Translations under genes and position numbers: made by a program
Part shown: piece after piece, positions 10,429-22,184 of the stretch
Numbering within the stretch: position 1 is the first letter of the stretch
How the letters are laid out: every line of letters begins with the position of its first letter
DNA from: Deltaproteobacteria bacterium
Lineage (GTDB): Bacteria > Myxococcota_A > Polyangia > Fen-1088
DNA: 64,000 bases
Reading direction: 5' to 3'
NCBI GenBank assembly: GCA_033763315.1
Contig: JANRKS010000009.1
Location: 320,001-384,000 of the forward strand
Notes under the pieces: model-generated
The model's database searches: none
Told to the model about the DNA's origin: nothing
What the model saw: only the letters and a program-made list of their open reading frames with translations

Positions 10429-11658
10429 TCAAATTGCAGGCGGGAACGAAGATCGCTTTGTGTCAGTGACCGTGTGGTTCTCGTGCCAGCGCCGCACATC
10501 GACGATGGCCTGCTCCACCAGGGCGGCTTCTATGGTGTGCGTTTCTTCGCCTCGTCCCAGCGCGGTGAGCAGGGTGACAGTGAGCTCACCACCGAGGTGT
10601 TCGCGAAACTCTTCCAGCCCAGCCAACACCGCTAACTGCCCTTGCGCGGTGGTTTGCCCGAGCGCGGGGTGCCACGTGGGCAGTCCCACGGCGGCAATCA
10701 AATGCGCCACCCGATCGAACGCGGCTTCGGTGAGCTGGCCGCACAAAACGGAGTAACGCGTGTCGAGTAACATCCCCAACGCCACAGCCTCTCCGTGGCG
10801 TAATTCATGATGGGTGAGGCTTTCCAGCTTGTGCGCCGACCAATGCCCGAAGTCTAAGGGGCGGGCGCTGCCTTGTTCAAATGGGTCGCCGGCGGTGGCG
10901 ATGTGCCGCAGGTGCAGCTCGGCCGCCCGCCTCACCAGTTGCGCCAACGGCTCGGGATCGCCGGCGGCCAGTGCGGGCGCGTTGGATTCGAGCCAATGGA
11001 AGAATGTGACGTCGCGGATAAGCGCCACCTTGATTGCCTCGGCGTAACCCGCGATGCGCTCTCGCGCGGGCAGGCGGGCCAGCAGATCAAAATCATTAAT
11101 CACGGCGAATGGTGGGGCGAAGGTGCCCCAAAAATTCTTGGCGCCATACGCGTTGACGCCGTTCTTGACGCCCACACCCGAATCGTTTTGCCCCAGCACC
11201 GTGGTGGGCAGCCGCACCACGCGCAAACCCCGGTGCGTGATGGCTGCCGCATACCCGGCAACGTCCAACACGGCGCCGCCGCCGATCATGACCACAAACG
11301 ATTGCCGGTCGAGGTGGGCCTGGGCAAAGGCATCGAGCAAGGTTTTGAGAACCTGGGGATCGTTCTTGGCGATTTCGCCGCCGGGCACCATCAAAGGTGC
11401 GGCGACAAGATGAAGCGCGTGCGCGTGGGCCGAGAAGTACTGCGCGATGCGCTCTTGCATCTGGGGCCACGCCTGCTGGACGTGAGCATCAAGCACCACA
11501 AACACCTTGTGGCGCCGTTGCGGCTCCCGCTGGGCCAGCGTGTTCACCAACAGGGGGTTCAGCGACGAAAACACGTCGCGCGTGAATGCCACCGTGAACG
11601 AATACGGCACAACGAATTGCTGGCTGACGATGCCTTCTGCGCTGGTGGTCGTGGACAT
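10429..11658 (-). CDS. eboD: EboD 3-dehydroquinate-synthase-like sugar phosphate cyclase
   Basis: GGE..KN, GGGAVLD, PTTVLGQNDSGVGVKN, GSARPLDFGHWSAH, HGEAV. Confidence 0.88.
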   Translation of the reverse strand: MSTTTSAEGIVSQQFVVPYSFTVAFTRDVFSSLNPLLVNTLAQREPQRRHKVFVVLDAHVQQAWPQMQERIAQYFSAHAHALHLVAAPLMVPGGEIAKNDPQVLKTLLDAFAQAHLDRQSFVVMIGGGAVLDVAGYAAAITHRGLRVVRLPTTVLGQNDSGVGVKNGVNAYGAKNFWGTFAPPFAVINDFDLLARLPARERIAGYAEAIKVALIRDVTFFHWLESNAPALAAGDPEPLAQLVRRAAELHLRHIATAGDPFEQGSARPLDFGHWSAHKLESLTHHELRHGEAVALGMLLDTRYSVLCGQLTEAAFDRVAHLIAAVGLPTWHPALGQTTAQGQLAVLAGLEEFREHLGGELTVTLLTALGRGEETHTIEAALVEQAIVDVRRWHENHTVTDTKRSSFPPAI

Positions 11659-11834
11659 GGGGCCGAACAGAGGAAAACGGCATGGCCCGTAAAGAGCCCA
11701 AAACGACGACTGACCTTAGCAGCCGCTTTGCTGTGCGACCACGAAAGCCGCTTGCCGCTGCCGAGGTCCCACACGCCGCGACGATTTCTGTGTGACCGGG
11801 CGCAACCTTTGGCGGCGGTTGCCGAAAACCACGC

Positions 11835-14291
11835 GTGCGGTTAGCTGTTCTGGTTTGTGGTTTTGTCTTCGGGGCGCTCGTGGGCGTGGCGGGCACCGTC
11901 GTGTGGTGGTGGGCCTGTGCGGCAGGTTTGGTGGCTTGCTGTGTCTGGTTCGGTCGTCGTCGCGTCTGGATCTTGGCGCTGGCGGCTCTGTTGGGGCTCG
12001 CGGGGCAGGGCTGGGCGGTGTGGCAGGTCGTGGCGGCTCGTGGCTTGGAAGCGGGTCTGAATGCCACGACGCCGGGCACGCCGCTGTGCGTGCAGGGGCG
12101 GGCGTTTAACGTGGGCGAAGCCACAGCGGAGGATGACGGTGGTGATCGGTTTGCGCCGTCGACACAACGATTTCGTGTGGATGGCCATGTGCCGAAGGCG
12201 GCGTGGGGCCAAGCACAGATCCAGCTCAACGTCTTCTGGGTTCGGGCCCCGGATGAAGGTTTGACCGTGGAAGAGGGGGACCAGGTGCAGGTGTGCGGGC
12301 TGTGGCAGCCGCCTTTTGGCTTTTTTAACCCGGGTGCCGGCCCCGGCTGGCCGCAGGTGGCACTCAAGGCGGCCGTAGGCTCGATCCGCGCCACGCGTGT
12401 GAGCGTGCGCTCGCATGCGTCGCGCCTATGGCCGTGGAGATTGGCGGCGCGTTTTCGGCAGGCGCTTTCACATTCGTTTGCGGCGTTGCCCCTAGATCGA
12501 GCGGCGTTCTTGCGCGCCACCGTTTTGGGCGAGCGCGCCGCTGTGTCGGCCGACGTGGAACTCGGTTTTAAAGCGGCGGGCGCCACGCACGCTCTTTCGG
12601 TGTCGGGGCTGCACTTGGCGGCCGTGGCGGCTTTGTTCTTTGTGGGGCTGCGTTGGCTGCTGTTGCGGTCGCTGCACGTTGCCACTGTGGTGAGGGTGCG
12701 TCCCTGGGCCGCGGCGTTGTCGATACCCGCGGTTTTGTTCTACACGTTGGTTACGGGCGAAGCGGTGGCCACGTGGCGCTCGGCGCTGATGGCCGCATGT
12801 TTGTTTGCAGCGTATGCGGTTCGGCGCGCCCCCGCGTTGTCTGCCAGCTTGGCGTTCGCGACGCTGGTGGTTGTGGCGCAATCGCCGTTTTGGCTGTTGG
12901 ACGTATCATTTCAACTCTCTGTGCTTTCCGTATGTGGGCTGGCGGCGTTCGCTGGTCGCCTTGGTCCGAAAGCCGCCGCCGAAGGGGGTTGGTGGCGCCG
13001 CGTTTGGGTGTGGTTTGGCAAGGCCATGGCGGCCACGATGGCTGCGGGGCTCGTCACGGCGCCATTGGTGGCATTTCACTTCGGGGAAGTGACGCCCGCG
13101 GCGCCCTTGGGAAACCTCATCCTTACGCCTTTGGTGGAACTGGTGGTGGTGCCGCTGGGGCTCCTGGGTGCCGCACTTGCCGCTGCGGTGCCTGCCTTGG
13201 CCAGGGTGATGTTGTGGCCCGCCAGCGTGGGCGCGGACGCCACGCTTTGGGTGGCGTCGCGGTTCGCGCACGGCGCGCCTGTGTGGCACGTCAATGCGTT
13301 GGGCGCGTGGGGCACAGCGGCCCTCACAATCGCAGCGGCCGCGATTCTGGGCGCTTGGATCGCCCAAACGAGTTTGCGGCGCAAGCTGCTCTTGATCGCC
13401 GGAGGCCTATGTTTGTTTGCCATGCTTGCGTGGGTGCAACGCTGGTGGCGACACCAGCACAGTCAGGAGATGCAGGTCACCTTCTTGGATGTGGGGCAGG
13501 GTGACGGCGCGGTTGTGCAAGGCCCGCATGGTTTTGTGGCCGTGGTTGACGGCGGCGGCTTGGGCGAAAGCTTCGACACGGGAGCAAGGTTGCTCACGCC
13601 CTACTTGCGCCGCCAAGGCATCAGCCACATCAACCTTGTGGTGCTGTCACACCCGCACCCTGACCACGCGTTGGGTTTATTTTCGGTGCTGCAGAATTTT
13701 GTGATCGACGAGCTGTGGATGCCAGCCAGCGGCGAAGGGCCCGCACATGATGGCGCCTTCATTCGCAACCTGCGGCAAACAGCGCAAGCGCGCGGCACGC
13801 GCGTGGTTGAGCCACATGGATTCACGCGCGATGGATTGAGCGTCGAACCATTTGGTCCGTGGGACGGCGATCATATTGCCGCGCCTGCTGGCTTATCAGT
13901 CAACGATGCGTCTTTGTCCGTTCGTTTCGCGTTTGCGGGGCACGCGATCTTCTTCGCGGGTGATCTGGAAGGACCGGGCGAGAACGAGCTGGCCGAAGGC
14001 GCACGCAGCTTGGGGCGGTGGCCACGCAGCGATGTGCTGAAGGTTCCCCATCACGGCAGCCGCACATCCTCTTCGCAGGAACTTTTCGACGCCGTCGGGC
14101 CAAGGCTTGCTGTGATCTCTGCCGGGCGCGGCAACCGCTTCGGGTTTCCGCACGCCGAGGTGCTGCGGCGTTACGAGCGGCACGCCGTGCCCATTCTGCG
14201 CACCGATCGCGACGGCGCGGTGCAACTGTCTTGGGGGAGGAAGGGGCCTGTGACAGCGACGTGCGTGCGGGGCCCTTGCCCCCCGCTGTGA
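11835..14291 (+). CDS. comEC: ComEC/Rec2 competence DNA-uptake protein
   Basis: HALSVSGLH, SFQLS, TM competence domain; metallo-beta-lactamase motifs LDVGQGD, SHPHPDH, NDAS, GDLE, PHHGS, RTD. Confidence 0.92.
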   Translation: MRLAVLVCGFVFGALVGVAGTVVWWWACAAGLVACCVWFGRRRVWILALAALLGLAGQGWAVWQVVAARGLEAGLNATTPGTPLCVQGRAFNVGEATAEDDGGDRFAPSTQRFRVDGHVPKAAWGQAQIQLNVFWVRAPDEGLTVEEGDQVQVCGLWQPPFGFFNPGAGPGWPQVALKAAVGSIRATRVSVRSHASRLWPWRLAARFRQALSHSFAALPLDRAAFLRATVLGERAAVSADVELGFKAAGATHALSVSGLHLAAVAALFFVGLRWLLLRSLHVATVVRVRPWAAALSIPAVLFYTLVTGEAVATWRSALMAACLFAAYAVRRAPALSASLAFATLVVVAQSPFWLLDVSFQLSVLSVCGLAAFAGRLGPKAAAEGGWWRRVWVWFGKAMAATMAAGLVTAPLVAFHFGEVTPAAPLGNLILTPLVELVVVPLGLLGAALAAAVPALARVMLWPASVGADATLWVASRFAHGAPVWHVNALGAWGTAALTIAAAAILGAWIAQTSLRRKLLLIAGGLCLFAMLAWVQRWWRHQHSQEMQVTFLDVGQGDGAVVQGPHGFVAVVDGGGLGESFDTGARLLTPYLRRQGISHINLVVLSHPHPDHALGLFSVLQNFVIDELWMPASGEGPAHDGAFIRNLRQTAQARGTRVVEPHGFTRDGLSVEPFGPWDGDHIAAPAGLSVNDASLSVRFAFAGHAIFFAGDLEGPGENELAEGARSLGRWPRSDVLKVPHHGSRTSSSQELFDAVGPRLAVISAGRGNRFGFPHAEVLRRYERHAVPILRTDRDGAVQLSWGRKGPVTATCVRGPCPPL

Positions 14292-14425
14292 GAAGCAAAT
14301 GCCTGATTTTGCTGGCGACCAGGAGCCGCTGATGCCGCTGCGGTGGCGCGGCTGGCGAACCGGCATCACACTTATAGAAGTAGCACTCGTTCAACATCGA
14401 CTTACAGCTGACACCGGAGGACTTC

Positions 14426-15007
14426 ATGCGTCGAGCGCGCAAGAGTAAATCACCTCGCCAATCGGTTCGATTGGAAAGCTGTGTAGCCGAAATCATGGGA
14501 ACGAGCCTGTTCACGCTGAGCCCCGACACGGCGGTGTCCGCAGCCTTGCGGCTGGCGTCCGACAAGCACGTGAGCCACTTTTTGGTGGTCGAGGACGGAG
14601 GGCTCACCGGAATCGTGTGCGATCGAGATTTGCACAACGCCGGCAAAGAAAAGCTGGTGGAGGATTGCATGACAACGCCCGTGCTGTGCATCGGCCCTGA
14701 AACCACGATCGAAGAAGCCACGGGCATCATGGAAGAGAACGCTGTGAGCTGCTTGCCGGTGGTCACCGGCACTTTCTTGGTGGGCATGGTCACGCGCGAT
14801 TCGTTGGGCGCGCTGGATCTTGAGGCCGACCGCGACGTGCTTTCACCTGAGCGCGCCGAAGAAGCGTTGGTGGCGGCCACGCCGTTAACATGCGTGGGCT
14901 GCGGTAGCCAACGTCATGTGGCACGCGATGTGCGATCGAATCTGATCCCCATGTGCCAAAAGTGTTTGGGCGGCGATGTGTGGGACGGACGGCGCAAGGC
15001 GAATTGA
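14426..15007 (+). CDS. CBS-pair protein with C-terminal CxxC..CxxC
   Basis: Two CBS repeats (GIVCDRDL; LPVV..VGMVTR); GGAGG RBS; CVGC and CQKC at the C-terminus. Confidence 0.8.
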   Translation: MRRARKSKSPRQSVRLESCVAEIMGTSLFTLSPDTAVSAALRLASDKHVSHFLVVEDGGLTGIVCDRDLHNAGKEKLVEDCMTTPVLCIGPETTIEEATGIMEENAVSCLPVVTGTFLVGMVTRDSLGALDLEADRDVLSPERAEEALVAATPLTCVGCGSQRHVARDVRSNLIPMCQKCLGGDVWDGRRKAN

Positions 15008-15031
15008 GCGGGACCGTTACGACGACGTCGC

Positions 15032-16303
15032 GTGCGTCAGCTACACTGGCGCAGGATTCCGCTGGTGCTTGCGCGCGTTCTTGAAACCATTCTGCAGCAC
15101 CGCCTGATTGAGGCCGGCCAACGCATTTTGGTGGGCCTTTCAGGCGGGCCGGATTCATGTGCACTGCTGCTGGCGCTGCAGAAACTGTCGCCACGGCTCG
15201 GGTTCGAAGTCCGCGCGCTGTGCGTGGATCACGGCTTGCGCGCGGAGTCTGCTGCGGAAGCCGCGCGCGTGGCCGCCATGAGCGCGTCTTGGGGCGTGCC
15301 GTGCGCGGTCGTGCGTGTCGACGTGGCGGCCTTGCGTACGGCGCACGTGTCTTGGCAGGACGCCGCCCGCCGCGCACGTTTGGCGGCGTTGGAAGCGGCC
15401 GCAGAGCAGGGGTGCGACGTGGTTGCCTTGGGCCACAGCGCTGACGATCAGGCCGAAACAGTGTTGTTCCGCATTGTGCGTGGCACTGGACTCCAAGGTT
15501 TGGCCGGAATTCCATACCGCCGAGGTGTGTTCATTCGGCCGTTGCTGGACATCCGCCGTTCTGAGATTGAGGCGTTCGTGGGCCAGCAGGGGGTGACGCC
15601 GGTGCGCGATCCCTCCAACGAAAACGTTCGCTACACGCGTTCGCGGGTGCGCCATGAGTGGATGCCATTGCTCGCGCGGGAAAACCCCCGGCTCGTCGAA
15701 GCTCTATTGGGGCTTGCGGCCGATGCGCAGGCGCTGCCGGGCCGCCCTGCGCCGGCAGGCGTGATCCCGCACGTCAGCCGGCGCGCCGCCAGGCAAATTC
15801 AACGGGCCAGCGCGCGGGGTGGCACGAGCGCCTTTGACGTGACCGGTGGGATCCTGGAAGTCACCTATGGGCGACGCAGTTTTCGCCCACGTTTGGCGCC
15901 TCCGGCCGCGCCGCCCGAGCCGCTTGTCGTGGCCGCGGTTAAGACCGACCTGCACTTCGTGTGGGGCGCGGGAGCCGTTAAGTTTAAAGTCGGCGATGCG
16001 CCTGCGGGTTCAGGCGTGGCCTTTGACCACGAAAAGATTGTATGGCCACTCACGGTAAGACCGTGGCGTGCTGGTGATCGCATGCACCCGCGCAAGGGCC
16101 GAGGCTCCCGCAAATTGCAGGACCTGTTGGTGGACGCGAAGGTGCCCCGCGGTATGCGCGGCCTTTTGCCGGTGCTCGTAGATGCCGATGACAACATCCT
16201 GTTTGTTCCACACCTTCGCGCCGCCCAAGCGGCCTCTCCCACCACCCAAACCAAGACATTCCTGGTCGTTGAGGCAGAAAACTTCGTGATCTCGCCTAAG
16301 TGA
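15032..16303 (+). CDS. tilS: tRNA(Ile)-lysidine synthetase
   Basis: SGGPDS PP-loop, DHGLR, HSADDQAET, RPLL, DPSN, RKLQDLLVDAKVP; exact start uncertain. Confidence 0.93.
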   Translation: MRQLHWRRIPLVLARVLETILQHRLIEAGQRILVGLSGGPDSCALLLALQKLSPRLGFEVRALCVDHGLRAESAAEAARVAAMSASWGVPCAVVRVDVAALRTAHVSWQDAARRARLAALEAAAEQGCDVVALGHSADDQAETVLFRIVRGTGLQGLAGIPYRRGVFIRPLLDIRRSEIEAFVGQQGVTPVRDPSNENVRYTRSRVRHEWMPLLARENPRLVEALLGLAADAQALPGRPAPAGVIPHVSRRAARQIQRASARGGTSAFDVTGGILEVTYGRRSFRPRLAPPAAPPEPLVVAAVKTDLHFVWGAGAVKFKVGDAPAGSGVAFDHEKIVWPLTVRPWRAGDRMHPRKGRGSRKLQDLLVDAKVPRGMRGLLPVLVDADDNILFVPHLRAAQAASPTTQTKTFLVVEAENFVISPK

Positions 16304-16320
16304 CTGGCAACCGCCCCGCG

Positions 16321-16349
16321 TTGACGGCATCGTATCGAAGAAGAATACT
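16321..16349 (+). promoter_or_regulatory. Possible sigma70-type promoter for ftsH
   Basis: TTGACG-17 nt-AATACT; AAGGA RBS before GTG 16377. Confidence 0.4.
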
Positions 16350-16376
16350 TGCCTGCTGTTCTAGAAAGGACTCTAA

Positions 16377-18305
<1,929 letters not shown>

Positions 18306-18317
18306 GCCGCTTCGCTG

Positions 18318-19145
18318 ATGTTTGCCGTTGACGGGCGTCTACGTTCAGGGGCCCCCACCATCGTGGGGGTGCTGAATGTGACGCCCGATTCTTTTTCCGA
18401 CGGCGGCCGCTTCGCCAACGTGGATGAGGCCATTGCGTGCGGCGTGGCGATGGTGGACGCCGGCGCCCATTGGATAGACGTGGGGGGCGAATCAACCCGA
18501 CCGGGCGCAGCGGTGGTGGATGGGGCCGATGAACTGGCGCGCGTGATTCCGGTGATCGAAGGGTTGGCCTCTCGCGTGGCGGGGAGAGCGCTGATCTCCA
18601 TCGACACGTACAAATCCACAACAGCAAGGGCGGCCCTGCAAGCCGGGGCGCGCGTGGTGAACGACATTTCGGCGGGCGTTCTCGATGCGGGGCTGCTGAG
18701 CGTTGCGGCCGCCTTCGATGCGCCCGTGGTCCTCGGGCACCTGCGCGGGCAACCGGCCACGATGATGGACCACGTTCATTTCGATGATGTGGTGGCCGAA
18801 GTGGTGGCGGAGCTGCAAGCGCGGGTCGAGGCGGCGCGCGCGGCTGGGTGCCACCACATTTGGGTGGATCCAGGCATTGGCTTTGGAAAGCGCCTGCCCC
18901 AAAATTTGGCGTTGCTGCGCCACCTGCGTGCGATGCGTGAAGCGCTGCAAGCGCCCATGATGGTGGGCGTGTCCCGCAAGCGATTCATCGGCGAGCTGAC
19001 GGGGCAAGCAGCCTCGGATCGCGGTTATGGCACCGCTGCGGCGTTGGCGTTGGCGGTGGACGCGGGCGTTGAGGCCCTGCGTGTGCACGACGTGGCGCCA
19101 GCGCGGGACGTGGTGGCCGTGGCCAGCGCGATTGCGCGGGCTTAA
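18318..19145 (+). CDS. folP: Dihydropteroate synthase
   Basis: GVLNVTPDSFSDGG, GGESTRPGA, DPGIGFGK, SRKRF, RVHDV. Confidence 0.96.
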   Translation: MFAVDGRLRSGAPTIVGVLNVTPDSFSDGGRFANVDEAIACGVAMVDAGAHWIDVGGESTRPGAAVVDGADELARVIPVIEGLASRVAGRALISIDTYKSTTARAALQAGARVVNDISAGVLDAGLLSVAAAFDAPVVLGHLRGQPATMMDHVHFDDVVAEVVAELQARVEAARAAGCHHIWVDPGIGFGKRLPQNLALLRHLRAMREALQAPMMVGVSRKRFIGELTGQAASDRGYGTAAALALAVDAGVEALRVHDVAPARDVVAVASAIARA

Positions 19146-19224
19146 GCCGATCAGCCGCGAAATCGCACCATCACCGCCCGGCCCAGATGACGTGGCGGAC
19201 CCCTGCGGTTAACATCGGTCCCAG

Positions 19225-20592
19225 ATGTCTGACACGCGCAAATTGTTTGGAACCGACGGCATTCGCGGCAAAGCGAACCAGTACCCTATGACAGCCGAGG
19301 TGGCCTTGCGGCTGGGTATGGCGGTGGCTCATCACTTTAGGCACAAGGATCGCCGGGGCCGCATCGTGATTGGCAAAGACACGCGCCTTTCGGGCTACAT
19401 GCTTGAAAGCGCCTTGGAGGCGGGCATCGTGGCGGCGGGCGCGGATGTGATGCTTGTGGGGCCGTTGCCCACGCCAGGCATTGCGTTCGTAACGTCATCC
19501 ATGCGAGCTGACGCCGGCGTGGTGATCAGCGCTTCGCACAACCCTTACCAAGACAACGGCATCAAGCTGTTTGCCTCGGATGGCTTCAAGCTTCCCGACG
19601 AGGTGGAGGCCGAAGTCGAAGCTGTGATGGCGAAGATCGAAGCGGGCGATGAGGGCCACGCGGCTGGCGCAGACGAGATCGGAAAGGCCCTGCGCATTCA
19701 GGACGCCGAAGGCCGGTACATTCAATCGCTAAAGCAAGCGTTTCCCAAAGATCGCACCTTGGATGGCGTGCGTGTGGTGGTGGATTGTGCCAATGGCGCG
19801 GCCTACCAGGTGGCCCCACGTGTGTTCACGGAGCTGGGCGCCGACGTGATTGAACTTGGCACCAACCCTGACGGTCGCAACATCAACGAACGTTGTGGCG
19901 CTTTGTTTCCCGAAAACGCCGCCGCTGAAGTGCGACGCACGCGCGCAGAGATTGGCGTGTCACTTGATGGCGATGCCGATCGCTTGATCATGTCCGACGA
20001 ACGTGGGCAAGTGGTGGACGGTGATCAGATCTTGGCCATCTTGGGCCGGCACCTCAAAGCGAAGGGCAAACTGGCTGGCAATACAGTGGTGGCCACGGTG
20101 ATGTCGAACTTGGGCTTGGAGCGTGCCTTGGCCGATGTGGGCGCAAATCTGATGCGTGCGTCGGTGGGCGATCGTTATGTGGTGGAGGCGATGCGCGCTG
20201 GCAACTTCACGTTGGGTGGCGAGCAATCGGGACACATCCTTTCGCTTGAGCACGCGAGCACGGGCGATGGCACGATGGCCGCGTTGTTGGTGATGGCGGT
20301 GATGGCCGAGACAGGCAAGACGCTGGGCGAGCTGGCCAAGTGCATGACGCGTTTTCCGCAGGTGTTGGTGAATTTCCGCGTGCCGCAAAAGATACCCATC
20401 GAAGAGCTGCCTGAAGTGCAGAAAATCATCTCGGAAGTGGAGAAACAGTTGGGTAAAGAAGGGCGCGTGTTGGTGCGGTATTCCGGCACCGAGGCCAAGG
20501 CGCGCGTGATGATCGAAGGCACTGACGAGAACTTCATTGCCACACGCGCTGACGACATCGCGCGCGTGATGCAAAAAGCCCTGGTCATGTGA
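19225..20592 (+). CDS. glmM: Phosphoglucosamine mutase
   Basis: [33 protein letters not shown]. Confidence 0.97.
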   Translation: MSDTRKLFGTDGIRGKANQYPMTAEVALRLGMAVAHHFRHKDRRGRIVIGKDTRLSGYMLESALEAGIVAAGADVMLVGPLPTPGIAFVTSSMRADAGVVISASHNPYQDNGIKLFASDGFKLPDEVEAEVEAVMAKIEAGDEGHAAGADEIGKALRIQDAEGRYIQSLKQAFPKDRTLDGVRVVVDCANGAAYQVAPRVFTELGADVIELGTNPDGRNINERCGALFPENAAAEVRRTRAEIGVSLDGDADRLIMSDERGQVVDGDQILAILGRHLKAKGKLAGNTVVATVMSNLGLERALADVGANLMRASVGDRYVVEAMRAGNFTLGGEQSGHILSLEHASTGDGTMAALLVMAVMAETGKTLGELAKCMTRFPQVLVNFRVPQKIPIEELPEVQKIISEVEKQLGKEGRVLVRYSGTEAKARVMIEGTDENFIATRADDIARVMQKALVM

Positions 20593-20612
20593 ACGTGGCG
20601 AAGGAGCCCGGC

Positions 20613-22184
20613 ATGGCCAGCGTATTTACCGCCGCCCAAGCGCGGGCGTCAGATCAATTTGTGATGTCCACGTTGGGCTTGCCGGGCGTGGTGTTGATGG
20701 AAAATGCGGGGCGCGGGGTGGCGCGCGTGATTCGCCGGGCGCTGCTCAAGAAGAATCAGACGCTGGCAAACGCCAAAGTTGTTGTGGTGTGTGGTGCGGG
20801 GCAAAACGGTGGCGATGGCTTTGTGATCGCGCGGCACCTGCATCTGATGGGCGCGCGTGTGCAAGTTTATTTGGTGATGCCAGCGGCGAAGATCCAAGGC
20901 GACGCGGCGGTGAACCTGCGGGCATTGCAGGGCCTTGACGAGGTGCCGGTGGACGACGTGAGCGATGTGCTCGACGAAGAAGCCTGGTGGGATTGGCTCA
21001 ACGACGCGGACGTGTTGGTTGACGCGATCTTTGGTACTGGTTTGCGCGCGGACGTTACGGGTGTGCCTGCGGTGGCCATCGCGGCGATGAACGAAAGCCG
21101 CGCGCTGCGTGTGGCTGTGGACGTGCCGTCGGGGCTCAATGCCGACACGGGCCGGGTGCAGGGCGTGGCGGTCAACGCTGACGTCACGGCGACCATGGCC
21201 GTGCGCAAGCTAGGTTTGGTGGTGGATGCCGACGCGCCGGTGGGTGAGGTTGTGGTTGTGGGCCTTGGGGCCCCACCGCATGAGGATCCGGCCTTGGCGC
21301 CGTTTGTGCGTTGGGTGGAACCAGCTTTGGTGAAGGCCTGGCTGCCGGTGTTCGGTGCCGCCGCTCACAAGGGAACACGCGGGCACGTGCTGCTCGTTGC
21401 GGGCTCGGAAGGTAAAACCGGCGCCGCGGCTTTGTGCGGTCGTGCGGCGCTGCGTGCAGGTGCGGGCTTGGTGACTGTGGCCACAACGAAAGCCGCGCAG
21501 ACGGCGGTGGACGCGAAGGTGTGGGAAGTGATGTCAGCGGCATTTACGTCCGTTGATGACGCCACCCCCGACAGCTTCGATGTGGTGATGCGGTTGTCAT
21601 CAAAGATGAAGTCGATCGGCCTTGGCCCAGGTTTGCCCACCGGCCCGGGAACAGCGGCTTTCGTGCAGCGGATGGCGGTGCAATGCGCTTTGCCGATGGT
21701 CATCGATGCAGAAGCGTTGAATCACATCGCTGCCGACCCCGGCGTTTTGATGCAGGCACGTGGGCCCCGCGTATTGACACCGCATCCAGCCGAGATGGCG
21801 CGGCTGTTGGGCGTCACAACAACCGACGTGCAGGCCGATCGCGCGACGGCAGCACGAACGCTGGCGCAGAAAACGCAGGCGATCGTGGTGCTCAAAGGCG
21901 CACGCACCCTGGTTGCTTTGCCGAACGGAACTCTTTATGTGAACCCTGCGGCGTCGCCCGCGCTTGGCACCGCGGGCAGCGGCGACGTTTTGACGGGGGC
22001 AATCGCCGCGTTGTTGGCGCAAGGGCTCACGGCGGAGCAGGCAAGTGTGTGTGGTGTGTTCGTGCACGGCATGGCGGCCGATGACGCCTGTGCTCGCTTG
22101 GGTTTGCAGCACCTTTTGGCCGGCGAGCTGCCTGACGCGTTTGCGCGCGTGCAAGCCGCCCTGCAGTCGGTTCCTCAGATCTGA
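20613..22184 (+). CDS. nnr: Bifunctional NAD(P)HX epimerase/dehydratase
   Basis: LMENAG, GQNGGDG, DAIFGTG, HKGTRG, LTPHPAEM, TAGSGDVL; ATG 20613 follows AAGGAG (alternative GTG 20589). Confidence 0.94.
   Translation: MASVFTAAQARASDQFVMSTLGLPGVVLMENAGRGVARVIRRALLKKNQTLANAKVVVVCGAGQNGGDGFVIARHLHLMGARVQVYLVMPAAKIQGDAAVNLRALQGLDEVPVDDVSDVLDEEAWWDWLNDADVLVDAIFGTGLRADVTGVPAVAIAAMNESRALRVAVDVPSGLNADTGRVQGVAVNADVTATMAVRKLGLVVDADAPVGEVVVVGLGAPPHEDPALAPFVRWVEPALVKAWLPVFGAAAHKGTRGHVLLVAGSEGKTGAAALCGRAALRAGAGLVTVATTKAAQTAVDAKVWEVMSAAFTSVDDATPDSFDVVMRLSSKMKSIGLGPGLPTGPGTAAFVQRMAVQCALPMVIDAEALNHIAADPGVLMQARGPRVLTPHPAEMARLLGVTTTDVQADRATAARTLAQKTQAIVVLKGARTLVALPNGTLYVNPAASPALGTAGSGDVLTGAIAALLAQGLTAEQASVCGVFVHGMAADDACARLGLQHLLAGELPDAFARVQAALQSVPQI

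Noticed and set aside
10429-11658. Calling this gene housekeeping aroB
   Set aside because: Subfamily motifs (DSGVGVKN, GSARPLDFGHW) and context indicate EboD
3432-14880. Long antisense or alternate-frame ORFs (e.g. 3432-4496, 10873-11844, 11489-12685, 13900-14880)
   Set aside because: They overlap well-supported genes, have no motifs, and are expected shadows of GC-rich coding sequence; the same applies to similar ORFs across the window
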